Positions 1 through 11,026 of a stretch of 64,000 bases of DNA are shown here, piece by piece; position 1 is the stretch's first letter; the number at the start of each line of letters is the position of its first letter. The notes beneath the pieces are model-generated. The model saw only the letters and a list, made by a program, of their open reading frames with translations, was not told the origin of the DNA and did not search any database. This DNA is from Candidatus Bathyarchaeota archaeon (GTDB lineage Archaea; Thermoproteota; Bathyarchaeia; 40CM-2-53-6), in NCBI GenBank assembly GCA_963726255.1, contig CAVSBL010000002.1, positions 1,024,001 to 1,088,000 of the forward strand. The letters run 5' to 3'. The translations under genes were made by a program, and so were the position numbers.

Positions 1-1
1 G

Positions 2-936
2 GGAATTCTCGTCGAAGAAGTTGCCCGCGCAGGCTGGCAAATTCCGCTCAGTGACATAATGGGTGAGATTCTGTCTTTGCATGGCCCGGAACAGCTGAAG
101 AGAGAGTGGCTGCCGGCCATGGCGAAAGGTGAGAGAATGCTTGGAATCGCGAACACGGAACCGTCCGCGGGTCGGACGCTGCCGCCATCACAACCCGTGC
201 AGTTCGAAAGGGGGACAACTACGTGTTGAATGGTGAAAAACAGTACATAACCGGAGTAAACGAATGCGGAGCTTACTGCGTGCTCGCTAAGACCGACCAA
301 GAGGGCGGGGCTAAGGGAGTTAGCATGTTCTTCGTTGAGATGGACAGGCCGGGCATCGAAAGGTACAACCTTGACGCGCTCGGCTGGAAGTTGTTCTCCT
401 TCGGAGGTTTCGTGCTAAAGGACGTAACTGTCCCCGTAGGGAACCTGATTGGTGAGGAGGGCAAAGGTTTCTATTATGTAATGGAAACTTTTGACCTAAT
501 GCGATCCCTGATCGCGGTTTGGTGCATCGGCATGGCCGAAGCAGCAATAGACGAAAACATCGAGTACGTGAAGCAACGAACAGCTTTCGGGCGACCTATC
601 GGGAAATATGAATCAGTGCAATCGCGTATTGTCGAAGGTTACACGAGACTTGAGGCTGCCAAGCTGCTTTGTTACAAAACCCTTTGGACCAAGGACAAGG
701 GCGAGAAGATTACGAAACAGTCAGCCATGATTAAGTGGTATGTGCCACAACTCTGCTTCGAAATAGTGAACGACTGCCTAACAAACCGCGGAGCATTGGG
801 CTACACAACAGAAAGCCTAGATGAATATAGGTTGAGAGAAATACGTGGGGCCATGATAGGCGACGGCACGACAGACATTAACAAAATCGTTGTGGCCCGC
901 GAGCTGCTAGGTAAAGAGTTTCTCCCCTACCGCTGA
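2..936 (+). CDS. Acyl-CoA dehydrogenase, 5'-truncated by the window edge, with an apparent 1-bp frameshift near 169-171
   Basis: Frame 2 reads ...LGIANTEPSAG. The ORF-track frame continues SDAAAITTRAVRKGDNYVLNGEKQYIT...RTAFGRPIG...IGDGTTDINK, which are typical ACAD motifs. The join needs one extra G in GCGGGTCG. Confidence 0.9.
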
Positions 937-982
937 GGCAGGGCCATTGCCCCAGGACCGCAGCTAGGGGAAACCTGGATTC

Positions 983-1237
983 CTATTTGCCTTCGCTAAC
1001 GATAGTAGTCAGGGTAGATCGAATCTTGTCGAGCCTGCGGACTTTCCATGTTATGACTTCTTTCAGGCGATCCATAGAATCTGTTTCAATCTTTGCCACT
1101 ATGTCGTAGACGCCGTATACGAAATAGGACTCCTTAACCTCCGGAACTTGGCGCAGGTCCTTCAAAATTTCATTCTCTGAACCAGCGTCAATATTCATAA
1201 AGACGAAAGCCTTCGGCAATGCCTTAAACCTCACCAA
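983..1237 (-). CDS. Lrp/AsnC ligand-binding (RAM) domain-only protein
   Basis: KAFVFMN...VYGVYDIVAKIE...IRSTLTTIV pattern; 84 aa, no HTH. Confidence 0.85.
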   Translation of the reverse strand: MVRFKALPKAFVFMNIDAGSENEILKDLRQVPEVKESYFVYGVYDIVAKIETDSMDRLKEVITWKVRRLDKIRSTLTTIVSEGK

Positions 1238-1295
1238 AGATAGTGCCGATGAGCATTATGAGATTATCCCTAGGCGTACCACAGGCGGGTTTGGG

Positions 1296-2189
1296 GTGAC
1301 AAATACGTCAGCCCAGCCCCAGCTACTGATTCAACGGATAGAGGAGTTGACCAGGGAACGTTCTTCAACCGACCGGAGGATGGGTTACATTTGGATGCTC
1401 GTGCCGGCCCTGCCGATTGTGGCGGGAATCGGCCTCGCGGTTGGATTCATCGGAATCATGGCCTCAGTGCTCTCGAGAGTTGGCAGCCTTCAGCAACCAC
1501 AAACCGCCCTCTCCTCGGTAATGGGGGAGATTCTTGCGTTGTACGGCTTCGCAATTGCCTCATTTTACCTCGTACTGGCGATAGGAGCTTTCGCCGTTTA
1601 CTATATGATTGAAAGGAGGAACGGCCATTCCAGAAGACAGCAACAGCTCTTTTCGACCCTTCAAAAGTACCTAGCCTCAAAATCAGGCCCTACTGCGGAC
1701 GATAATGTCTTTCGCCTTCAACAATTGACTGAAGAATCGATGTTCGAGGAGCGCGATAGGCCAGCAGGTCTATGGGCGGTACTCTACGTCTTCGTCAACC
1801 CAATCGTCGGCTTGATCGTGGCGTACAACCTCACTCAGGACTTGCGCAAACACGAGGAACTACAATCCAACTACCAAACAACCCTACTGAGCGCACTTAG
1901 TGAAAGTGGCGTAGCGCCCCTAACCCTTCCTCCCTCCAGGCTTCACAAGAGGGACCCGATGCTGTTAATCATATTGACAGCGATTACGGGCGGCATTTTC
2001 TGGATTTATTGGTTCTACACACTGTTGAAAGATTACAATGAACATTTCCAAGACCAAGCACAGTTCGAAGACCAGATTCTTACCCTGTTGACGCCTCAGC
2101 CAAAGGCTGGGAATTGCGGAAGTTGCGGCGGCGCGGTGCCTGAAAACGCAAAATTCTGCCCTCATTGTGGAAGACAACAAACGAGGTAG
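1296..2189 (+). CDS. Membrane protein with DUF4234-like segments and a C-terminal zinc ribbon
   Basis: LLIILTAITGGIFWIYWFY...DYNEH; C-terminal CGSCG...KFCPHCG. Confidence 0.7.
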   Translation: MTNTSAQPQLLIQRIEELTRERSSTDRRMGYIWMLVPALPIVAGIGLAVGFIGIMASVLSRVGSLQQPQTALSSVMGEILALYGFAIASFYLVLAIGAFAVYYMIERRNGHSRRQQQLFSTLQKYLASKSGPTADDNVFRLQQLTEESMFEERDRPAGLWAVLYVFVNPIVGLIVAYNLTQDLRKHEELQSNYQTTLLSALSESGVAPLTLPPSRLHKRDPMLLIILTAITGGIFWIYWFYTLLKDYNEHFQDQAQFEDQILTLLTPQPKAGNCGSCGGAVPENAKFCPHCGRQQTR

Positions 2190-2830
2190 TGGCTTCATTG
2201 CGGCTTACCTCTGCCATGCGCATTGCACTTGTTCGAAACAAACTGTTGATCACCGTAATCGCGATCACGTTCTTCTCCATAATCATCATATCAGCTGTAG
2301 TTGCTTACGCCGTTCTATTGACATCTCCTGACCTCATGAAGGTCATAGAAGATTTCGTTGGAACAACTAGGACTTATGCGGCGATACCGCCCCCTTTCAC
2401 GAAAAACCTGTACTTTTTCATTTTCCTGAACAACATAGGGCACTTCTGGAACCCGGCCAGAATCTGGGCCTGGGTGCCTTTCATTGGGGCGTTTAGTTTG
2501 GGTTATGAGCTGCTGTTAAATGCGATTACGATAGGTGCAGTTGCTTCCTTTGTCAGCATCACGAAAGGAGCAGCCTACACGATTGCTGGCCTGACACCAC
2601 ATGGGGTTTTTGAAATTCCTGCGTTCGTACTGGAGTTTGCTGGACTAGCGCGGTGGCATGTTGCGACTACTCGTGCGTTATACGGAAAATTAGGCGGCCG
2701 GGGTGTCGACCGGCCGCTTCTAGTCGAGGGAGTGAAGGATGCGCTGATGCTGTCGTTGATGTCAGTAGCTCTGTTCGCCATAGCCGCGTACTTCGAAACC
2801 TACGTAACGCCACGCTTCTTAGGCCTCTAA
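2165..2830 (+). CDS. SpoIIM-family (DUF95) membrane protein
   Basis: IFLNN and PHGVFEIPA motifs, C-terminal AAYFETYVTP; start may be downstream (about 2216). Confidence 0.8.
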   Translation: MWKTTNEVVASLRLTSAMRIALVRNKLLITVIAITFFSIIIISAVVAYAVLLTSPDLMKVIEDFVGTTRTYAAIPPPFTKNLYFFIFLNNIGHFWNPARIWAWVPFIGAFSLGYELLLNAITIGAVASFVSITKGAAYTIAGLTPHGVFEIPAFVLEFAGLARWHVATTRALYGKLGGRGVDRPLLVEGVKDALMLSLMSVALFAIAAYFETYVTPRFLGL

Positions 2831-2841
2831 CCAAGCTCGCC

Positions 2842-3585
2842 CTACGCGAACTCGTAGGCTACTTGCACCGTGACCGTAACCCGCAACGTGCCCGGCTGGA
2901 TTGGCGTCGCTTGTGACGAAGCGCTGAGGCGCTCGTAGGTTGGCTGGAAGTTGTAGCCCGGTGTGACAGATATCGGGCCGACGATGCTGACCCCTAGGCC
3001 CGAAGCCATCGCACGCGCCTGGCCGTCTGCATCCTGAATTGCCTGTCCCAGTGCCTGTTTCTGTAACGTCGCGAGCGTCGCGGTGGAGAACGTGAACATG
3101 ATTCCTTGAACTACATTCGCTCCAGCAGAGACGGCTGCATCTATCGCTTTGCCCACCAAACTAAAGTCCTGTAAGGTCACTTGGATTGTGTTCACCGCGG
3201 CATATCCGACGATTTTGGATGGCATAGTCTGATCAGGATTGTTCTGGTAAACCGGCGATAGTGTATAGGACACCGTTTCAATCGAATTCTTGTCGATCCC
3301 AATACCGCCCAAGACTGCGATGACCTTCGTCATCGTGGCCGCGTTGTCGCCAGCCGCTTGTGTTGCAGAATCGGCCTGTGTTTGAACCGCTAGTACCAGA
3401 ACTGCCCGATCGGGAGGTGCCGTCACGGTACCAACGCCGGTAACTTGGATCGTTTTAGGAGCGGGTTGTTGTGCCGTCGTCTGAATGGCCGGAGGTCGAA
3501 TGACGGCTATGGCGCTGATGAGGACTATTGCCACCATTGCGACGGCGGCCAGATAGTAGATCCTTCTATTTGCAATCTCACTCAT
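2842..3585 (-). CDS. SIMPL/DUF541-family protein
   Basis: N-terminal TM helix, TIQVTGVGTV..PDRA, IDAAVSAGAN, PIQPGT..VTVTVQVAYE; start trimmed from the ORF-track 3669. Confidence 0.85.
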   Translation of the reverse strand: MSEIANRRIYYLAAVAMVAIVLISAIAVIRPPAIQTTAQQPAPKTIQVTGVGTVTAPPDRAVLVLAVQTQADSATQAAGDNAATMTKVIAVLGGIGIDKNSIETVSYTLSPVYQNNPDQTMPSKIVGYAAVNTIQVTLQDFSLVGKAIDAAVSAGANVVQGIMFTFSTATLATLQKQALGQAIQDADGQARAMASGLGVSIVGPISVTPGYNFQPTYERLSASSQATPIQPGTLRVTVTVQVAYEFA

Positions 3586-3825
3586 CCATTGCACCTCCTT
3601 TCCTCTGAACTCAGCTCCCTCATGGAGCTCTCCCTGCATTAATCCCGCGCTTTTGAACAGGGCGTTCACGGATTAGAACACATGATGCCTGCCCTCGCCG
3701 ATATCTCGCCTTTAATGAACAGATTCGTGGTGAATAAGCGGCCAATGTATGCTGCTTTCTTTGGAGTTTAGGGTTGAAATCTTATCTTGGCGCCGGCAAG
3801 CTAGGCCCTAATTCCGTGACCAGCT

Positions 3826-4257
3826 TTGTTCAAGGTGTTCATAACGACACGGGTAATAGCCCGGATTGCGCGGGACGTCAACAGACCCGTCGAGCGGATC
3901 GGCTTGCTCATGGGTGCCTTAGAGGACCAAGCCCTTTGGGTCAATGACACCATACCCGGAGGAAATGAAACGAGCGAAGTTTCGTGTGTCTTTCCTCCCC
4001 AGCGCCTTGCACAGGTTGCCAATGATATCGTTGAAGGAAAAATAGAAGGTCGAATCCTGGGGTGGTATCACTCCCATCCTGGCCACGGCTTGTTCTTGTC
4101 ACAGACTGACCTTGACACGCATATGGGGTTCTACCAGTTTTCCCCCTACGCTTTATCACTGGTTGTCGAGCCGAGTACCGGTGAATTTGGTGTTTGGATT
4201 TATGAGAACGGCCTGGGCGTAGTGCAGCTCCCGGTAAGCTACATACACATCATTTGA
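3826..4257 (+). CDS. JAB/MPN+ (JAMM) metalloprotease
   Basis: E..GLLMG and GWYHSHPGHGLFLSQTD JAMM motif. Confidence 0.88.
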   Translation: MFKVFITTRVIARIARDVNRPVERIGLLMGALEDQALWVNDTIPGGNETSEVSCVFPPQRLAQVANDIVEGKIEGRILGWYHSHPGHGLFLSQTDLDTHMGFYQFSPYALSLVVEPSTGEFGVWIYENGLGVVQLPVSYIHII

Positions 4258-4879
4258 CCTTTCCAGTCCCCAACCTTATGCCTTCGCGAATTAGGATCCG
4301 CTGTATCTTTCGCGCTGAGGCAACCCTTGAGAAACGCAGTTTGCTGTTTGTCCCGGTCCAAAGGTCTGCCAACAAAGCTGCTGGGTAACCCTTGCGTCGA
4401 TATTGAATTACTTGTAAAAGTATGTCTATCCTGTCAGCGGCGCGGACAATCTTAGCTTCAAGGGTCCGCTCCGCGTCAAATTCCTTCTGGAGAGCCAAGT
4501 AACTTCGGCGGAGGGTTGGCTCTTCCAAGCCCTCCGTAATATGTTTCCATGCTGCATGCTCTAACTGGGCTTTAATGGCCTCCCCCCTCTCTCCAAGATA
4601 CACTAGGTATTCTTTGCTTATGTCGAAGGTCAGGGATTCAGACAGATCATGTAGAATCGCCAGTCGCAGTACGCGCTCGACGTTCACATGTTTTCCACCC
4701 TGTACTTCCAGGTCGGCTATGACGAGCGAGAGCGCGCAGGTTGAGAATGAGTGATCGGCAACCGATTCAATGTCCTGGAATGACACGCCGTGGCTGATCC
4801 AGCCGCTTCTTGGAATCAGCTTCATTCTGGCCAAGTTCAAAAGGAATCCGATCATGCTTTCCGCCATCGGCCTAGCCAC
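4250..4879 (-). CDS. HD-domain 5'-deoxynucleotidase-like hydrolase (YfbR/HDDC2 family)
   Basis: KLIPRSGW, ESVADHS, LHDLSE, AADRID. Confidence 0.88.
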   Translation of the reverse strand: MARPMAESMIGFLLNLARMKLIPRSGWISHGVSFQDIESVADHSFSTCALSLVIADLEVQGGKHVNVERVLRLAILHDLSESLTFDISKEYLVYLGERGEAIKAQLEHAAWKHITEGLEEPTLRRSYLALQKEFDAERTLEAKIVRAADRIDILLQVIQYRRKGYPAALLADLWTGTNSKLRFSRVASARKIQRILIREGIRLGTGKVK

Positions 4880-4949
4880 TTACCCAAATGACAACAATAG
4901 TTATGGCTTTGAGCCTTTGTTTTCCTCGCCCAGCCACAGGTTGCCCTCA

Positions 4950-5687
4950 ATGAAGCGCAGCGTCCTACTAATCCTAATTATCGTCCTTTCAACGGCGGGC
5001 GTATTCTGGGCAACATCATTCAAGACTACAACAATCTATCCGGATAAGCACAATTACAGCTGGCAATGCTTCCCGTTGGCCAATAACGGTTTCTCGAATA
5101 ATTTTGAGATCACCTCATACTACAAGTGCCCCTTCAACATGAGGGGGTGGATAGAATTCAACATCAGTTCGATTCCGTCGGATGCCTGGATCATTTCGGC
5201 ACAGTTACGCTTGCGGTTGTGGACCAAGGGCGACCCAAGCCTGGGCACTACGGATTCAACGGGCAGAATCTACGGGGTATACCGCCTTACCAAGCCGTGG
5301 ACTCAGACCAGCATTAACTGGACCAATCAACCCAACTTCACCGACGAGCACCACGCCACAGCCCCAGTTCCACCAGGCGAAGGGGGATGGTATGGCCCGC
5401 TACTATGGATGAGTTGGGACATCACCGACATAATGAAAGACTGGAGGTCCGGCGTAAGCAACTACGGATTCGTGGTCAAAGACACTCGCGAGTACGCCAC
5501 CAACTTCTATACAACGCAATTTTTCACAAACGACCAAGTTCCCAACGAAAACTACTACCCCCGACTCGTAGTAACCTACGTATCCCCATTGAACCTCGCA
5601 ATTTTCGGCGGCGTACTGCTCGCTGAAGGGTTCTTAATCACCGTCATGTACCGATTGAGAATTGGCGGCTCGAAGATTCGGGAGTGA
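4950..5687 (+). CDS. Secreted/membrane-anchored DNRLRE (CBM96-like) domain protein
   Basis: Signal-like MKRSVLLILII; IEFNISSIPSDAWIISAQLRL, W...INWTNQP, WDITDIMKDW, NYGF, PRLVVTY; C-terminal TM. Confidence 0.7.
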   Translation: MKRSVLLILIIVLSTAGVFWATSFKTTTIYPDKHNYSWQCFPLANNGFSNNFEITSYYKCPFNMRGWIEFNISSIPSDAWIISAQLRLRLWTKGDPSLGTTDSTGRIYGVYRLTKPWTQTSINWTNQPNFTDEHHATAPVPPGEGGWYGPLLWMSWDITDIMKDWRSGVSNYGFVVKDTREYATNFYTTQFFTNDQVPNENYYPRLVVTYVSPLNLAIFGGVLLAEGFLITVMYRLRIGGSKIRE

Positions 5688-6694
5688 CGCAAACCATGGG
5701 AACACTAGCGGAAGGTGCAAGAAATGCCGTTGAAGTTTGCATGTCAGTGAAGAAGGGGGAACATGTGCTGATCCTAACGGACCACGCGACATTGGAAGTG
5801 GCCAAAGCCATCGCCGACGCGGCCGAGAAAACGTCAAGAGGAAACGTAAAGCTCCTGATTCTCGAGAATTATACGGAACGCCCTGCGAAGGAATTGCCGA
5901 AACAAATACTTGAGCTGGTTCCTTGGGCGAACGTTACGTACTATGCAGCTGAAAGTCAAAAGGGGGAGCTTTCAGTTAGGGGCCCGTTCATTCGGACAGC
6001 GATAAAATACGCTAGACACGCGCATATGCCTAGCATCACGAGAGAACTCATGGAAACTGGCATGTGTGCTGATTACGGAAAGATCTCTGAGCTAACAAAG
6101 AATGTTGAGCAGGTTGTGAAGGGTTGCAAGAAAGCTAAGGTAGTCAACAAGGCAGGAACTCAACTCAATGTTGAATTCAACCCGTCATGGAGGTGGAGGG
6201 TGTCCGACGGCCTCTTCCCTAAGAAAGGAATGTGGGGAAATCTACCGGACGGAGAAATATTCACTGCGGCCTTCAAAGCGAATGGCAAGATGGTCATCGA
6301 CGAACTAGGGGATTGGTTTAGCCCCAAGTATGGTGTCCTCTCAAAAACGCCTGTCACATTGCAAGTGAATAACTCACGCGCCGACCTCAATTCAATTACA
6401 TGCGCAAACGAACAAGTGTTGCGAGAATTCAAGGAATATCTCAGCCAAGACCCTAACGGAACACGGTTAGGAGAATTCGCGATAGGAACGAACATATTCT
6501 TAGAACGATTGACTGGCAATCTGCTGCAGGATGAAAAATTCCCATCAGTTCACTGCGCCTTCGGCAACCCCTACCCAGAAGAAACAGGCGCGGATTGGAG
6601 TGCGAGTACTCATGTTGATGGCATTATGCTGAAGTGTAGCATTTGGATTGACGACAAGCGGATAATGGAAGAGGGAAAACACCTGGTCGGTTGA
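5684..6694 (+). CDS. Thermophilic metalloprotease / aminopeptidase (M29-like)
   Basis: NLPDGEIFTA, LGEFAIGTN, QDEK...HCAFGNP, HVD. Confidence 0.88.
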   Translation: MTQTMGTLAEGARNAVEVCMSVKKGEHVLILTDHATLEVAKAIADAAEKTSRGNVKLLILENYTERPAKELPKQILELVPWANVTYYAAESQKGELSVRGPFIRTAIKYARHAHMPSITRELMETGMCADYGKISELTKNVEQVVKGCKKAKVVNKAGTQLNVEFNPSWRWRVSDGLFPKKGMWGNLPDGEIFTAAFKANGKMVIDELGDWFSPKYGVLSKTPVTLQVNNSRADLNSITCANEQVLREFKEYLSQDPNGTRLGEFAIGTNIFLERLTGNLLQDEKFPSVHCAFGNPYPEETGADWSASTHVDGIMLKCSIWIDDKRIMEEGKHLVG

Positions 6695-6776
6695 CCCGAC
6701 AGGCCAACTGCTATTAACGAAAGCAATAAGTACGAACTTTTGATATGACAGCGCCCCTTCGTTAGAGGAAACTAAA

Positions 6777-8567
6777 TTGTCAGGCTTCAAGCCCGGAAGA
6801 ATTGAAAGAGTAGCCGGGCCAGTCGTCGTCGCTTCAGACATGCTTGGGTCCCACATGTACGAACTTGTCAAAGTGGGCAACTCAGGCCTTATCGGTGAAA
6901 TCATCAGAGTCCAGGCTAACACGGCCACGATTCAGGTCTACGAAGAGACTACGGGAATCAAACCGGGTGAGGTCGTTGAACGTACTGGCAACCCCCTCTC
7001 AGTTGAACTCGGACCGGGTTTGGTGAACCAATTTTTTGACGGGACTCAAAGGCCTCTCCCCGTCCTTTTAGAGAAAGGCGGCGCTTTCATTCGGAAGGGC
7101 ATAACTGCACCAGCGCTTGACCGAAAGAAGAAATGGGATTTCACGCCGGGTATGAAGAAAGGAGAGAAAGTCACCGGCGGGGATGTACTCGGCGAAGTTC
7201 CAGAAACAGTGCTGGTCAAGCACAGGATTCTGGTCCCCCCGAGCGTAAATGGAACTCTCAAGTCAATTGTCCCGAACGGGGCTTACACGCTGGAAGATAC
7301 AATCGCCGAGGTTGAAACTGGCCATGGTACAGTCAAGCTATACTTGATGCATTCGTGGCCAGTCCGTATACCGCGCCCCACCCGCGAAAAAGTTCCCTCG
7401 GACACACCCCTCATAACAGGCCAGCGAATAATTGACTTCTTCTTCCCAATCGCCAAAGGTGGGACGGCGGCAATTCCAGGAGACTTCGGGACGGGTAAGA
7501 CCATAACGCAACACCAATTGGCCAAATGGGCTGACGCTGAAGTGATCGTTTACGTGGGCTGCGGTGAACGCGGAAATGAGATGACTGAGGTTCTCGAAAC
7601 GTTCCCCGAACTCAAGGACCCGCGATCTGGTAAACCCTTGATGGAGCGTACTATCCTTGTTGCCAACACTTCTAACATGCCCATCGCTGCCCGCGAGGCC
7701 AGCATGTACACTGGTGTAACCCTGGCCGAGTATTTTCGAGATATGGGCTATGACGTGGCTTTGATGGCTGACTCTACCTCACGGTGGGCCGAGGCCCTGC
7801 GAGAAGTCTCCGGCCGACTTGAGGAGATGCCTGGCGAAGAGGGGTACCCAGCCTATTTGGCGTCAAGATTGGCTCAGATCTATGAAAGGGCAGGTAGGGT
7901 CAAAGTGATTGGTAACGACCCTAACAAGCTTGGATCCGTTTCCGTGGTAGGTGCCGTGTCGCCGTCCGGAGGCGACTTCTCAGAACCTGTGACTCAGAAC
8001 ACGCTAAGGATTGTGAAGGTATTCTGGGCGCTGAGCAAACCACTAGCTGAGCGAAGACACTTCCCAGCAATTGACTGGTTAACCAGCTACTCCCTGTACT
8101 TGGAGTCCCTAGAAGACTGGTACCGGACAAGAATTGGTCCGGAATGGTCCTCCCTTCGCAAGGAAGGCATGGCGCTCCTGCAGCGCGATGAGGAACTTCG
8201 GGAGATTGTAATGCTCGTAGGCCCCGATGCACTCTCCGAGAGCCAACGAGTGGTACTGGAAGCGGCGCGCATGATCAAGGAAGACTTCCTAATTCAGAGC
8301 GCCCTACACCCAGTTGACAGCTACTGCTCGCCTGAGAAGACATTCCGCCTGATGTCGCTTATCATGAAGTTCTACGAGAAAATGAAGGAGTCCACGGAGA
8401 AGGAAGTCCCACTCCAGCGGGCCCTAGAGGTGCCGACTAAAGAAGAGATTGCGAGGGCCAAGATCCAACCATCCGAGACCTTCGACGCATTTGCCAAAGA
8501 ATTGTCAACCAGGATTGACCAAGAGTTCGAAAAGCTAACCAAAGAAATTGTTGAAGTCGCCAAATGA
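6777..8567 (+). CDS. atpA: A/V-type ATP synthase subunit A
   Basis: GDFGTGKT P-loop, GCGERGNEM, NTSNMPIAAREAS, LEEMPGEEGYPAYL. Confidence 0.97.
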   Translation: MSGFKPGRIERVAGPVVVASDMLGSHMYELVKVGNSGLIGEIIRVQANTATIQVYEETTGIKPGEVVERTGNPLSVELGPGLVNQFFDGTQRPLPVLLEKGGAFIRKGITAPALDRKKKWDFTPGMKKGEKVTGGDVLGEVPETVLVKHRILVPPSVNGTLKSIVPNGAYTLEDTIAEVETGHGTVKLYLMHSWPVRIPRPTREKVPSDTPLITGQRIIDFFFPIAKGGTAAIPGDFGTGKTITQHQLAKWADAEVIVYVGCGERGNEMTEVLETFPELKDPRSGKPLMERTILVANTSNMPIAAREASMYTGVTLAEYFRDMGYDVALMADSTSRWAEALREVSGRLEEMPGEEGYPAYLASRLAQIYERAGRVKVIGNDPNKLGSVSVVGAVSPSGGDFSEPVTQNTLRIVKVFWALSKPLAERRHFPAIDWLTSYSLYLESLEDWYRTRIGPEWSSLRKEGMALLQRDEELREIVMLVGPDALSESQRVVLEAARMIKEDFLIQSALHPVDSYCSPEKTFRLMSLIMKFYEKMKESTEKEVPLQRALEVPTKEEIARAKIQPSETFDAFAKELSTRIDQEFEKLTKEIVEVAK

Positions 8568-8577
8568 GGGTACAGGT

Positions 8578-9977
8578 ATGTCTGTTGTTGTCCGCGAATA
8601 TTCCACCATCAATGAGATCTCGGGCCCCCTCCTCTTTGTTCAGAACGTGAAAGGTGTCGGCTTCGGCGAACTGGTCAGAATTCGCACCCCCACAGGCGAG
8701 GAAAGACGCGGCCAAGTTCTCGAAGTCCGCAGTGACTTGGCGGTTGTTCAAGTCTTCGAAGGCACCTCTGGACTAGACATATCTTCCACAAGCGTCCGCT
8801 TCCTGGGAGAAACAGTCAAGCTACCCGTTTCCAGCGACCTCCTCGGTAGAATCTTCGACGGGAGCGGCAACCCGATAGACGGCGGCCCACGAATCATTCC
8901 AGAGGATTACTGGGACGTCCACGGCGCGCCCATCAACCCTTACGCAAGAACATACCCCGCGAATTCATCCAGACCGGCATATCGGCCATAGACGGCATGA
9001 ACACCCTCGTCCGAGGGCAAAAGCTCCCACTATTTTCCGGCGCCGGACTCCCCCACAACCGCGTTGCCGCTCAGGTCGCACGTCAAGCAAGGGTTCGAGG
9101 CACGGGGGAACCATTCTCAACCGTTTTCGCGGCAATCGGGATCACAGCAGATGAAGCAAGATTCTTCAAAGAAGACTTCGAAAAGCAAGGCGCGCTTGAA
9201 CACGTCACCATGTTCGTCAACCTAGCAGACGACCCGGCAATTGAAAGAATTCTCACCCCGCGTATGGCATTGACGGCGGCAGAGTATTTCGCGTTCAAAC
9301 TGGACATGCATGTACTCGTTATCCTAACTGACTTGACGAACTATGCTGAAGCCCTTCGGGAAATCTCAGCAGCCCGCGAAGAGGTCCCCGGAAGGAGAGG
9401 GTACCCGGGCTACCTTTACACGGACCTTTCCACGATCTACGAACGCGCCGGAAGAATTCGCAACGCGAAAGGGTCGATAACTCAACTGCCCATTCTGACC
9501 ATGCCGCATGACGATATCACGCACCCAATCCCGAACCTCACAGGATACATTACCGAAGGCCAATTGATCGTGGACAGAGGTTTGCATAGAAAAGGCATCT
9601 ATCCACCAATCGATGTGTCTCCATCCCTTTCCCGGCTTATGCGTGAAGGCATTGGAAAGGAAAGGACACGACAGGACCACAGGGAAGTTTCCGACCAATT
9701 GTACTACGCGTACGCTGAAGGCAGAGCCTTCAGAGACCTAGTGGCCGTGGTAGGAGAAGAAGCACTTTCGGCTAGGGATAAAATATACTTGAAGTTCGCT
9801 GACGACTTTGAGCGACGCTTCATAGGGCAAGGAGAATATGAGAACCGCGACATTGAGAAAACACTCGACATAGGATGGAGCCTGCTGGCTGAGCTGCCGG
9901 AAAATGAACTGAAACGTATTGACCCCGCGACGATCAAACAATTCCATCCGAAATACCGCAGCGGGATAGGAAAGTAA
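8578..9977 (+). CDS. atpB: A/V-type ATP synthase subunit B, with a 1-bp frameshift in the C-run at 8955-8958
   Basis: Two ORF-track ORFs join as [10 protein letters not shown]|[28 protein letters not shown] if one C is added; [14 protein letters not shown] present. Confidence 0.95.
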
Positions 9978-10640
9978 ATGCCCGAGCTAATAACCGGCGT
10001 CCACCCAACCCGAATGGAACTGCTCACGCTACGTAAGAGACGCAAAATTGCAGAAAGAGGCCGCGACCTTCTCAGAGAGAAACTCGACGCCCTCATGATC
10101 GAATTCTTCCAATTCGTCCGCGAAATTGCCACCCTAAAAACCAAAGCGCAGAACCTGCTGGCCGAATCCTACGACAATTTCGTTGCCGCACAAATGGCCA
10201 TGGGATACACAAAACTTCAACAAACCTCCATTGGCGTTGAGGACAGGTTTACAATAGAAACAAAGACGAGAAATGTGATTGGCGTTACGATACCATACAT
10301 CCAGGTGAACGTTAAGCCGCTCAGCGGGTTCCCGTACAACGTTTATGATACCTCAATAAGGCTTGATGAAGCCACATTGAAGATGGCTGAAGCCATCAAA
10401 GCGATCGCGGAGCTTTCGAGTGCTGAAGCTGCAGTGAAGAAGCTGGCTGAAGCGATTGCGTCCACGAAAAGACGTGTCAATTCATTAGAGTACGTGATAA
10501 TACCACGAATGCTTGGCACAATACGCTATATCGAAATGCACCTGGAGGAAGCGGAACGTGAAGACTTCTTCAGGTTGAAACGGATAAAGAGCAGAATGGC
10601 GAAGGTTGAAGTTATCGACGCGCCTCTGCTCGCGCCTTAG
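9978..10640 (+). CDS. atpD: A/V-type ATP synthase subunit D
   Basis: PTRMELL, LLREKLDAL, TKRRVNSLEYVIIP, EREDFFRLK. Confidence 0.96.
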   Translation: MPELITGVHPTRMELLTLRKRRKIAERGRDLLREKLDALMIEFFQFVREIATLKTKAQNLLAESYDNFVAAQMAMGYTKLQQTSIGVEDRFTIETKTRNVIGVTIPYIQVNVKPLSGFPYNVYDTSIRLDEATLKMAEAIKAIAELSSAEAAVKKLAEAIASTKRRVNSLEYVIIPRMLGTIRYIEMHLEEAEREDFFRLKRIKSRMAKVEVIDAPLLAP

Positions 10641-11026
10641 TTCGACGACTGTTGGCCCTTAAGAGTCAATATAGCTTTGGCTAGGTCGCCGCCAGCTTCT
10701 GCAAGGGCCTTCCTCGCTTCTTCCACCGGCCTACCGGTTTGCTGAGCCACTAGCTGAACGTCCGAGTCAAGAGGAACATTTTCGGTTGGCGCACTAGTAA
10801 CCGCCTCTGAGACTCGACCACCCGCAATCTGGTACATGGCTTGGCCTTGCACGGTCACGAGGGTTACGCTGGGTTCCTCTATCACAATATCCTTTCCAGC
10901 AGTCTTTATGATAACTTGAGAAACACCTAGAATCTCGTCCACCTTCATTCCCATCTTCTGCATCATGCGCATTGCATCGCGCCCGGTCGGGACGCCACGA
11001 GCTGCTCTCAAAGCCCTAGCTGCCAA
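10637..11026 (-). CDS. nac: Archaeal nascent polypeptide-associated complex protein
   Basis: RMMQKMGM, MYQIAG, C-terminal UBA-like DVQLVAQQTG...GDLAKAIL. Confidence 0.92.
   Translation of the reverse strand: MAARALRAARGVPTGRDAMRMMQKMGMKVDEILGVSQVIIKTAGKDIVIEEPSVTLVTVQGQAMYQIAGGRVSEAVTSAPTENVPLDSDVQLVAQQTGRPVEEARKALAEAGGDLAKAILTLKGQQSSN

Noticed and set aside
8955-8960. Programmed frameshifting in atpB and other split genes
   Set aside because: No consistent slippery heptamer or downstream structure; the pattern fits homopolymer sequencing errors.
9520-9560. Atp[10 protein letters not shown] instead of the conserved HPIPDLTGY
   Set aside because: A single-base difference in an assembly with evident errors cannot be interpreted without reads.
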